DNA of 64,000 bases from Azolla caroliniana (taxonomy: Eukaryota > Plantae > Polypodiophyta). Below the pieces are notes generated by a model. That model was given only the letters and a program-made list of their open reading frames with translations, did not search any database and had not been told where the DNA came from. The position numbers and the translations under genes were made by a program. Below, in pieces: positions 1 through 9,662 of this stretch (positions within the stretch are counted from its first letter, which is position 1; every line of letters starts with the position of its first letter). The stretch is taken from assembly GCA_043228905.1 (NCBI GenBank), contig JBHGNT010000021.1, positions 13,082,001 to 13,146,000 of the forward strand, given 5' to 3'.

Positions 1-1700
1 AATAGCTATCCTACTAGCTAATTAGCCACTGGCAACTAATTAGCTATCCTAGTAACTAATTAGCTACTGCCATAGTTGTGTAAAGTACCTAATAAGCTAT
101 CCTAGTAGCTAGTTAGCTATGGTACTAGCTAATTAGCTAGTACCATAGTTGTGTAAAAAAGCTAATTAGCTATCCTACTAGCTAATTAGCTACTGGCAAC
201 TAATTAGCTATCGTACTAGCTAATTAGCTATCCTACTAGCTAATTAGCTATCCTACTAGCTAATTAGCTATCATAGTAGCTAATTAGCTACTGACATAGT
301 TGTGTAAAGTAGCTAATAAGCTATCCTAGTAGCTAGTTAGCTATGGTACTAGCTAATTAGCTAGTACCATAGTTGTGTAAAAAAGCTAATTAGCTATCCT
401 ACTAGCTAATTAGCTACTGGCAACTAATTAGCTATCCTACTAGCTAATTAGCTATCCTACTAGCTAATTAGCTATCCTACTAGCTAATTAGCTATCATAG
501 TAGCTAATTAGCTACTGACATAGTTGTGTAAAGTAGCTAATAAGCTATCCTAGTAGCTAATTAGCTACTGGCAGCTAATTAGCTATCCTAGTAGCTAATT
601 AGCTACTGGCAGCTAATTAGCTGTCCTAGTAGCTAATAAGCTATCCTAGCTACTACATAGTTGAGAAAGTAGCTAATTAGCTTTCATTGTAGCTAATTAG
701 CTATCCTAGATACCACCATAGTTAGTAAAGTAACTAATTAGCTATCCTAGCTACTACCATAGTTAGTAAAGTAGCTAATTAGCTATCCTAGCTACCACCA
801 TAGTTAGTAAAGTAACTAATTAGCTATCCTAGCTACTACCATAGTTAGTAAAGTAGCTAATTAGCTATCCTAGCTACTACCATAGTTGAGTAAAGTAGCT
901 AATTAGCTACCATAGTAGCTAATTAGCTATCCTAGCTACTACTATAGTTGTGTAAAGTAGCTAATAAGCTATCCTACTAGCTAATTAGCTATCCTAGTAG
1001 GTAATTAGCTATGGTACTAGCTAATTTAGCTAATTAGCTAGTACTATAGTTGTGTAAAAAAGCTAATTAGGTATCCTACTAGCTAATTAGCCACTGGCAA
1101 CTAATTAGCTATCCTAGTAACTAATTAGCTACTGCCATAGTTGTGTAAAGTAGCTAATAAGCTATCCTAGTAGCTAATTAGCTACTAGCAGCTAATTAGC
1201 TATCCTAGTAGCTAATTAGCTATCCTACTAGCTAATTAGCTACTACCATAGTTGAGTAAAGTACCTAATTAGCTATCCTAGTAGCTAATTAGCTGCTGGC
1301 AACTAATTAGCTATCCTACTAGCGAATTAGCTATCCTAGCGAATTAGCTATCCTAGTAGCTACTGCCATAGTTGTGTAAAGTAGCTAATAAGCTATCCTA
1401 GTAGCTAATTAGCTACTGGCAGCTAATTAGCTATCCTAGTAGCTAATTAGCTACTGGCAGCTAATTAGCTATCCTAGTAGCTAATTAGCTACTGGCAGCT
1501 AATTAGCTGTCCTAGTAGCTAATAAGCTATCCTAACTACTACCATAGTTGAGTAAAGTACCTAATTAGCTATCATACTAGCTAATTAGCTATCGTACTAG
1601 CTAATTAGCTATCGTACTAGCTAATTAGCTATCGTACTAGCTAATTAGCTATCCTAGCTTCTACCATAGTTTAGTAAAGTAGCTAATTAGCTATCCTAAA
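1..1700. repeat. Satellite array of ~20-bp units with palindromic core TAGCTAATTAGCTA, plus interspersed 'catagttgtgtaaag' higher-order units
   Basis: Directly visible tandem repeats such as tagctaattagctatcctac/tag. The array runs off the left edge of the window. Confidence 0.97.
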
Positions 1701-1720
1701 TAACTGTCATGTTATTGTAG

Positions 1721-2256
1721 AATCTTGTGGATTAAGGACGGCACATGATGTGTCTGGTGCTGATGATGCTGCAACAGATGAGGATACTACTGCCAATGTG
1801 GCTGAAAGTAAGAGTCCTGCTATCACATCTCCTTCAGATCAGCTGCACCCTATTCTTTTGGAACAGTGTACTGAATTAGGCAACGATGTGAAATGCCATG
1901 AAATAGTGGAAACAACATGTAAAACTGAGGTTCACAACAACAGTGTTTATGAACACTTGATGCAACATTTCTTCGAGTCTCAAGACCTTGATTCCACCCC
2001 ACCGAGCCCAACTACTGAAAATGTCCAAACAGATCCCTCTGTACTTGAAAAGCTAGTTCAAGAAACGGCTGATGTGCAATTAGCTGCTGAGGCGATGGGA
2101 AGGTTGTCGGAGGAGGACACACTTGCGCATTGGGTCCTAGAAGCAAGGCTAAATGGGGAACCAACCAGAAAAAGGCTGAAGAAGGGGCCACGATCGGGAA
2201 CAAGACCAGTTACTCGGTCAAGGGGCCCAGACGTAGTGGAGCGAAATACTGTTTAG
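1721..2256 (+). CDS. Probable terminal exon of a transposon cargo gene (acidic/disordered, basic C-terminal NLS-like tail), function unknown
   Basis: ORF 1750..2256 has no in-frame ATG at its start and stays open back to a ttattgtag acceptor at 1720. It ends in a basic tail (RKRLKKGPRSGTRPVTRSRG). Confidence 0.5.
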
Positions 2257-2505
2257 TTGGATATGATTGTTAGCTTAGGGATTTTGCTAGGGTTTTATGA
2301 AGTTTTACTATCCTGTTGGACAAGTAAAACCTCAGATTGGTTGTTGCTTGATCCACATTATGTAATGGAACTCTATGATGTTTTTCCAAGATAATTTGAA
2401 GAGTGTTGTTCTATGACTGAAACTCTTTGATGTTCAGGATATTGTTTTGTGAGACTAGTAGTTACTTTGTGAGTGTGAATATGTTGGTGTTTTCTGATGT
2501 TGCAG

Positions 2506-3521
2506 AGTCTAAAGGGTTTGATTCTATTGCTCGTAAGGCCAATGGCAGTGTGGATACTGTTGATGTTGCGGCATGTTTAAAGGGCCCCATCTTGAAAGTA
2601 GATGTAGCAACTGACACAAGTGATCTGGTCACACAAGTTGATCAAGCATGTAGCACGGATGACTTGGTGTTGCAGGTAGATGCAGCATGTAGCACGGATG
2701 ACTTGGTGTTGCAGGTAGATGCAGCATGTGATACCAGTGGACTGATATCGAGCAGAACAGTAGCTACATGCACTGAGGTAATCCAAGGATTGATAACTAA
2801 GTCGACAAAACAAGAGCACCAGAATGTGAAGCTAGGCCCAACACAGTCGACTAGGGGTTTAAAGAGGAAAAGGACACCAGTTGTGTCAGCCGAACCTGAG
2901 CTGATTGAGATTGATCGTATCCTACCAGAAAATGGTGTAACAGCGGCTCAGTTTCAGGAATGGAAACCTAAACCACTAGAAGTCGAGCGAAGAGCCTTGA
3001 TCTTGGAGCTTGATAAAGTCTTGATGAGTGTGAGATATATGCAGCCAAGGAGGGACGCAAATCAGTTTCTAGAGTGGGCTGCGGAGTACTTCGATTTGTT
3101 TATTTGGAGTGAAAAACCAAAATCAGATGTGTGGAAGTGTTTGGCAAGATTCTTCCCAAAATGGCGAAGTCGTTTTAAAGGTCAATGGGCACGAGAAAAT
3201 TGTGAGCAGATGGAAGCTGCAAGATTCAAGAGGCTTTCTGATTTTTGGGCTACTTGGCCTGAATATAATGCTGACAATACATTGATTTTGGATACAGAAC
3301 ATTTCCGACACTACTTCAATATTCGGAGATGCTGTCTCATTCTACCCGAGGAAATGCCTGAACAGTACCTGGTGCAAACAGTGAGCTGCCAACTAGGTGC
3401 ATGGTTGTGGACTCCATACCGAGCTCAATATGCGGATAATATATGTAGACTCGTTCCACTGACTAGCAAGAGCTTAGCTGTTTATAGGAGATTTGTAGAC
3501 ATTTCCAATGGTAATTTATAA
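2506..3521 (+). CDS. FCP1/SCP (NIF, HAD-superfamily) phosphatase-like cargo protein with degenerate catalytic motifs
   Basis: RRALILELDKVL ~ LVLDLDETL; RRDANQFLEWAAEYFDLFIWS ~ RPxxxEFLxxxxxxFExxVWS; KRLSDFW...YNADNTLILDT ~ KDLxxVW...NTLLIDD. Probable acceptor gttgcag at 2505. The ORF track gives 2427..3521. Confidence 0.65.
2630..2735 (+). repeat. In-frame 39-bp tandem repeat encoding (STDDLVLQVDAAC)n
   Basis: Two near-identical copies plus degenerate flanking copies, visible in both DNA and protein. Confidence 0.9.
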
Positions 3522-3666
3522 ATATGTAAAGAGATGACATTATTCAATGAAGAATTTAATTACTTGTTCCCACTGTACTTATCTACTGTGTAATTTGAGG
3601 AATATGTTGCAGATTGTTGATTTCATTCTATTGATGACTATTTAGCTATTGACAGCTAATTAGCTG

Positions 3667-4180
3667 CATTTGTACAGCTAATTAGCTGCATTTGTACAGC
3701 TAATTAGCTACTGATGACTATTTCGCTATAACTTATAACATAAAACTTAACAAAAAAGACATGATTTTATTGAGAAAGAAGCACAGAAAGCAGACTGTAT
3801 ACAAGAAATTGATTCCAAACGAATTTATTGATCTGTTTTCGCGAAATACATGTTTGTTTTACAAGAGAACATGGTAAGTGCTACTTGTAGCTACAAATTC
3901 CATGGCATACTATTGTAAATACATTTGTACAGCTAATTAGCTGCATTTGTACAGCTAATTAGCTACTGATGACTATTTCGCTATAACTTATAACTTAAAA
4001 CTTAACAAAAAAGACATGATTTTATTGAGAAAGAAGCACAGAAAGCAGACTGTATACAAGAAATTGATTCCAAACGAATTTATTGATCTGTTTTCGCGAA
4101 ATACATGTTTGTTTTACAAGAGAACATGGTAAGTGCTACTTGTAGCTACAAATTCCATGGCATACTATTGTAAATACATT
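3667..4180. repeat. ~255-bp direct tandem duplication of the transposase stop codon and 3' UTR
   Basis: 3667-3925 is near-identical to 3922-4180 (…gtgctacttgtagctacaaattccatggcatactattgtaaatacatt occurs twice). Confidence 0.92.
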
Positions 4181-5987
4181 CATACACATTAGCACCAACA
4201 GTGTATAAACCGGAGCAGCTATTGTATTCTGACATTGGGACGTTGATGCATCTGACCAAATGAGAGTACATATACGCCGCTGGTTTGTCTTCTAACAGCC
4301 TGTACACATATTCGTAGTCATCTAGTTTTGCATAAAAAATGCCTTCGATGTAGAATGTCCCGGCAGATACAAAATTTCCCCATGCATCTACAATATTCTG
4401 CCTTGCACACTGTTTACTAACCGTGCACTTTAATATATAGAAATCAGCACCCTCTGAATTGCCTTCTTCAGCATTTACAGCGAAGTTATCCCCAACGTTC
4501 AGGACATCACTCAAAGTATCTCCAAGTCCCTCATATGTGAAGTCAGCATTCTGCCCTGTTTCTCCATCAACTGCTTCCTTATCATTCAGAGTGTGATACT
4601 CCCAATTCTGAATGTATGCTTTGTTTAGACAATATCTCCAATTTCCCTGCACACAATGGAAGCAAAAACAAGTCAATTCTCTAACCGCAATACAATGACC
4701 ATCCAACCTGGAATAACCGCGAACAGCATGCAGAGATCGCAATTCGGGAATTCCTTGGCACTCCCAGGTCTTCTCCCTATTTACTTCATCTATCTTCACT
4801 TCCCAAAATTCACGTTTGATATCTCGAACTTGCGAGGAATAAACACCTGTGGCACTCGTCGACATATTTGTTCTTAAAAATTCAACTACATGTGATGCAC
4901 AATTCATGTGCACACCATCTGTCTTTAGTTGTTCATGGGTAAGTGCCCGCTTTATAACAGCCCCTGCACCATCATGTTCACCTTTACCATGGCCAGACCC
5001 AAAAAAATTCCATCTCATCTCCAAACCTGTTATAGCAGGATACCTCCCCACAAAATAAAATGGACGTCGAGCCTTGAATTGTGACGCAGCTCCGTCAGAC
5101 CAGACCCAATGTTGAGTAAGCTCCAAACGTTGAGCTAATAACCACTGCCAATGTAACTTAAAACAGTGTTGGACGAACAAGGTATCATGCTTCTTATCAT
5201 CGGAAATAAAGAAATGAATTACTTTTTTAACATCACCTGAAACTCGAAAATATGTTATGTGCACAAAAATGGTTACCTGAACTGAACACCAATGCATAGA
5301 TTGAATTTCATTCTGCTGCTTGAAAGTATAATTCTCTGCGAAATCTACTACTGAGACTACTACATCATTTGGGAAATCAGATATGCAAGTCTTAAACTGA
5401 TGGGCCTGCCATGAATAAATGAAGTTGTGTTTAATGAACTTTCCTAGAGATACTACAAACAGAGACACCAAATCCCTTGGTTTAAGCATCTTCCGAACTA
5501 GATCCTTTCTTTTACACACCTTTCCTTCGAAATTGGTGTTCACTGACTCAAATAACTTCACAGAGATCAATATTTCACTACTCAATTCATTTGGACACCA
5601 CCTAAATCTAGTAGGGCCACAATCTTGACATAAACCCATGACACATTTATGAATATGGAAGATAGCGTCAGATTCTCTCGGACACAATATTGAATCTAAT
5701 AAATAACTCATGGAAGAGATAACGTGCTCAGATGATTTACACTCCTCTTGCGGGCTTGATCGACAGATTTGGCACCCACATGTGCAAACTGTATTAGTTA
5801 GGGATGCGCTATGGTGACGTAGTAGATTAACAGAGTCCTTCAGAAAACCCATCTGTACATGGTAAATGCAACAACATGTGTATCGATCCTTTAAGCGTCT
5901 CACAAAGTGTGGCTTAAGAGACTCGAATGTTCGTAGTTGAACTTTGATAGTTGGATGCATTCGTTTGAACCTAATAAATAAATCCAC
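4146..5987 (-). CDS. Sola2-type DDD transposase, exon 2 (613 aa)
   Basis: Motifs VVDFAENY..QNEIQSMHW, WSDGAASQFK and FFGSGHGKGEHDGAGAVIKR (putative D-D-D triad), plus Cys/His clusters (TCCCIYH, CFCFHC). Begins at a cag|GTG acceptor at 5988/5987. No stop codons. Confidence 0.85.
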   Translation of the reverse strand: MDLFIRFKRMHPTIKVQLRTFESLKPHFVRRLKDRYTCCCIYHVQMGFLKDSVNLLRHHSASLTNTVCTCGCQICRSSPQEECKSSEHVISSMSYLLDSILCPRESDAIFHIHKCVMGLCQDCGPTRFRWCPNELSSEILISVKLFESVNTNFEGKVCKRKDLVRKMLKPRDLVSLFVVSLGKFIKHNFIYSWQAHQFKTCISDFPNDVVVSVVDFAENYTFKQQNEIQSMHWCSVQVTIFVHITYFRVSGDVKKVIHFFISDDKKHDTLFVQHCFKLHWQWLLAQRLELTQHWVWSDGAASQFKARRPFYFVGRYPAITGLEMRWNFFGSGHGKGEHDGAGAVIKRALTHEQLKTDGVHMNCASHVVEFLRTNMSTSATGVYSSQVRDIKREFWEVKIDEVNREKTWECQGIPELRSLHAVRGYSRLDGHCIAVRELTCFCFHCVQGNWRYCLNKAYIQNWEYHTLNDKEAVDGETGQNADFTYEGLGDTLSDVLNVGDNFAVNAEEGNSEGADFYILKCTVSKQCARQNIVDAWGNFVSAGTFYIEGIFYAKLDDYEYVYRLLEDKPAAYMYSHLVRCINVPMSEYNSCSGLYTVGANVYECIYNSMPWNL

Positions 5988-7503
5988 CTGCGTAATAAAG
6001 GGGAATTAGTTATTCTCGTAACTAGCTAACTATCCTAGTAGCTAATTAGCTATTCTAGTAGCTAGTTAGCTATTCTAGTAGCTAGTTAGCTATTCTAGTA
6101 GCTAATTAGCTATCATGGTAGCTAATTAGTTGTCCTAGTAGCTAATTAGCTATCATGGTAGTTAATTAGCTGTCGTAGTAGCTAATTAGCTATCATGGTA
6201 GCTAATTAGCTATTCTAGTAGCTAATTAGCTATCATGGTAGCTAATTAGCTGTCGTAGTAGCTAATTAGCTATCATGGTAGCTAATTAGCTGTCCTAGTA
6301 GCTAATTGGTTGTCCTAGTAGCTAATTAGCTATCATGGTAGCTAATTAGCTGTCGTAGTAGCTAATTAGCTATCATGGTAGCTAATTAGCTATTCTAGTA
6401 GCTAATTAGCTATTCTAGTAGCTAATTAGCTATCATGGTAGCTAATTAGCTGTCGTAGTAGCTAATTAGCTATCATGGTAGCTAATTAGCTGTCGTAGTA
6501 GCTAATTAGCTATCATGGTAGCTAATTAGCTGTCGTAGTAGCTAATTAGCTATCATGGTAGCTAATTAGCTATTCTAGTAGCTAATTAGCTATTCTAGTA
6601 GCTAATTAGCTATCATGGTAGCTAATTAGCTGTCGTAGTAGCTAATTAGCTATCATGGTAGCTAATTAGCTATCCTAGTAGCTAATTAGTTGTCCTAGTA
6701 GCTAATTAGCTATCATGGTGGCTAATTAGCTTGTCTACTAGCTAATTAGCTATCATGGTGGCTAATTAGCTTTCCTAGTAACTAATTAGCTATCATGGTA
6801 GCTAATTAGCTGGTCTAGTAGCTAATTAGCTATCGTGGTAGCTAATTAGCTAGTCTAGTAGCTAATTAGCTAGTCTAGTAGCTAATTAGCTATAATGGTG
6901 GCTGATTAGCTTTCCTAGTAACTAATTAGCTATCATGGTAGCTAATTAGCTATCATGGTAGCTAATTAGCTGGTATAGTAGCTAATTAGCTATCATGGTA
7001 GCTAATTAGCTATCACGGTGGCTAATTAGCTGTCCTAGTAACTAATTAGCTATCATGGTAGCTAATTAGCTGGTCTAGTAGCTAATTAGCTATAATGGTG
7101 GCTAATTAGCTATCCTAACTAATTAGCTATCATGGTAGTAGCTATTGAGAGTAGCCAGTTACCTATGTAGTAGTTATCATAGTAGCTAATTAGCTATCAT
7201 GGTAGCTAATTAGCTTTCCTAGTAGCTAATTAGCTGGTAATAACGAAATAGCTAACTAGCTACCATGATAGCTAACTAGCTAGCAGTACAGCTAATTATC
7301 TGGTAGTACCTAAATTAGCTATTGAGAATAGCTAATTAGCTATCATGGTAGTAACTATTGAGAGTAGCTAGTTACCTATGTAATAGCGATCCTAGTAGCT
7401 AACTGAGGTAAATGTAACTGATAAGCTAATTAGCTTTTCTGCTAACTGAGCTAATTAACTTTCCGAGTAGAGTCAAAACAAATGTTGAGATAAATGTAAA
7501 TAC
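5988..7503 (-). other. 1516-bp phase-0 GT-AG intron of the transposase
   Basis: Donor CAG|GTATTT at 7504/7503 and acceptor ttattacgcag|GTG at 5988/5987. Splicing joins HLLDVPQ to VDLFIRF in frame (750-nt exon 1). Confidence 0.8.
6020..7460. repeat. Intronic satellite array with strict 20-bp period (gctaattagc + tatcatggta/tgtcgtagta/tattctagta variants)
   Basis: Directly visible. In exact 20-bp register from ~6041 to ~7110, degenerate at the edges. Confidence 0.97.
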
Positions 7504-8253
7504 CTGAGGTACATCAAGAAGATGAATGGGATGCTCCTCGTATTGATTTCTTCCAACACGTTTCCTGCATAAATCCTTTTTATTGGGTGAAACCCTACTC
7601 TCATTAGTCCAAAACATTGTGATTACATCCTTGATTTCAAATGTTATGGGTGTCATTGGCTTACATCTTGTAGTTAGCTTTAGTAGACTAGTTCCTTCAC
7701 CCGAGGAAATTATACGGTTCATTGTATTGTACACTGTTTTTCTACTAACACCAATTACCTTAGATAGCTCACTGATGTTTATATCGTCAACATCACTATT
7801 AAGTAACATCATTAGACTAGACCTTTTTAAGACAAGATCATCTTCTGACCTGCTCATGGATACGAAACTATTACGAAGATTATTTACTAAAATAGATGAT
7901 ATGTTTGCATTAAGACCATCACAATCAACTAAGTCCTTTATCGATGGATCATTACATATTCCATAAAGTACTACCTTCTTTTCTTCATTGCTGATGTGCT
8001 TGGTTTGAACATTGAAATAGTCTACAACCTTTCTCTCTATGATGGTAGTCGCATTACTTACATTCTCAGCTAAACTATCCTTACCTTTACTGAGTGTGGC
8101 TTTCGTATCCTTCAACAATTGACGATGTTTCCTTTTTTTTTTTGCCCAATAGTTTCGTATGGCTTGTTGTGTCCTGATAACATCATCCCTATCCTTATGA
8201 TCATTGAGGGGTAATTCTAAACACCCTTCTTCCCCTTCCATTTGGCTAGACAT
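7504..8253 (-). CDS. Transposase exon 1 (250 aa; basic NLS-like stretch and HTH-like segment)
   Basis: ATG at 8253. Contains AKKKRKHR, HTH-like ISELSKVIGVSRKTVYN and FWTNESRVSPNKKD, which is typical of the N-terminal part of this transposase class. Confidence 0.75.
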
Positions 8254-8499
8254 GTTAAAACCCTAAATTTCCAGAAAAAAAAACAAGTATTAAAGATGGC
8301 TATGGGCAACAACAATACACAAAAATATTCCACACAATACACAAGATTAGACACAACAATACACAAGATAATCAATAGACAGAAAAGTTATTGCAATCCA
8401 AGACCGAACAGTAGAGGATTTCACTCTGTTGGATCCAACAGTTGAGGAGGCGATCCAAGACCGACCAATGGCAACAACTGAGTGTAGAATGTTGCCGTT

Positions 8500-9325
8500 G
8501 GATGAGTGAACTCCGTCAAATCGAAATGTGGAAGCAATCCGGGACTGGACAGTAGTGGCAACTGAGTATAGAATGATGGCAATGGAGGAGAGAACCCCGT
8601 CAGATTGAACAGTTACCGATGATGCTTGAAACGCACATAGAAGGCACTTGAGAATAGAGTGGCATAGAGAAGAGAACCCCGTCAGATTGAACAATTACCA
8701 ATGATGCTTGAAACGCACAGTAGCGGCCCCTGAGTGAGAGTGGAAAAGAGAAGAGAACCCCGTCAGATTGAACAGTTACCAATGATGCTTGAAACGCACA
8801 GTAGCGGCCCCTGAGTGAGAGTGGAAAAGAGAAGAGAACCCCGTCAGATTGAATAGCTCTTTGATTATGCTTGGAACGCACAGTAGCAACCCCTGAGTGT
8901 AGAGTGGCAAAGAGAAGAGAACCCCGTCAGATTGAACAGCTCTTTGATGATGCTTGGAACGCACAGCAGCGGACCCTGAGTGTAGAGTGGCACAGAGAAG
9001 AGAACCCCCTCAGATTGAACAGCTCTTTGATGATGCTTGGAACGCACAGTAATGGCCCCTGAGTGTAGAGTGGCACAGAGAAGAGAACCCCCTCAGATTG
9101 AACAACTCTTTGATGATGCTTGGAACGCACAGTAATGGCCCCTGAGTGTAGAGTGGCACAGAGAAGAGAACCCCGTCAGATTGAACAGCTCTTTGATGAT
9201 GCTTGGAATGCACAGTAGTGGCCCCTGAGTGTAGAGTGTCACAGAGAAGAGAACCCCGTCAGATTGAGCAGCTCTTTGATGATGCTTGGAACGCACAGTA
9301 GCGGCCCCTCAGTGTAGAGTGGCGG
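8500..9325. repeat. Subterminal ~83-bp tandem array (about 9 good copies plus degenerate copies toward 8400)
   Basis: gagaaccccgtcagattgaac recurs at about 8590, 8672, 8753, 8835, 8918, 9001, 9084, 9167 and 9250. Confidence 0.95.
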
Positions 9326-9534
9326 CAGGTGGACTCGATAGGGTTTAGCAACAGTGGTAGCAACTAACCCACAGTACTCAACTAGAGATGGCCTACGTGA
9401 TGTGGCAAAGGATCATGCATAATGGACCTAGGAATTCGATATATAATTTATGGTACACATTTATGGTGCACACATCAATTTATGTTGCACATTTATGGCA
9501 CTCATTTACATATGTAATTAAAACACTCTAGTAT

Positions 9535-9662
9535 TTTCAATGGTAGTTTTTTGCATACTTAATTTATTAATGATGGCTTTTTACTAAAATGACTATTTAT
9601 CAATGGTAGCTTTTTGCATAGCTAATTAGCTATGTCAAGGACATAGCTAATTGTTTCCACTC
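9535..9662 (-). repeat. Candidate terminal inverted repeat/terminus of the Sola2 element
   Basis: Duplicated caatggtag(t/c)tttttgcata, then catagctaattagctatg...catagctaattgtttccactc. The partner TIR lies outside the window and cannot be confirmed. Confidence 0.6.

Larger units (their letters stand above)
1..9662 (-). mobile_element. Sola2-type DNA transposon (right part; left end outside window) with satellite-filled introns and cargo ORFs
   Basis: Contains a transposase with Sola2-like motifs. Ends ...ctaattgtttccactc at 9662 (5'-GAG on the minus strand, matching Sola2 GRG..CYC termini). It is followed immediately by Copia protease sequence (WYVDSGVSNH). The same palindromic motif runs through the whole interval. 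Confidence 0.75.

Noticed and set aside
6020-7460. CRISPR-like array (palindromic repeat plus variable spacer)
   Set aside because: Spacers are only ~6 nt and recur, there are no cas genes, and the context is eukaryotic and intronic.
8347-9296. Multiple short ORFs over the 83-bp array
   Set aside because: By-products of the tandem repeat (the period is not a multiple of 3), with no domain signal.
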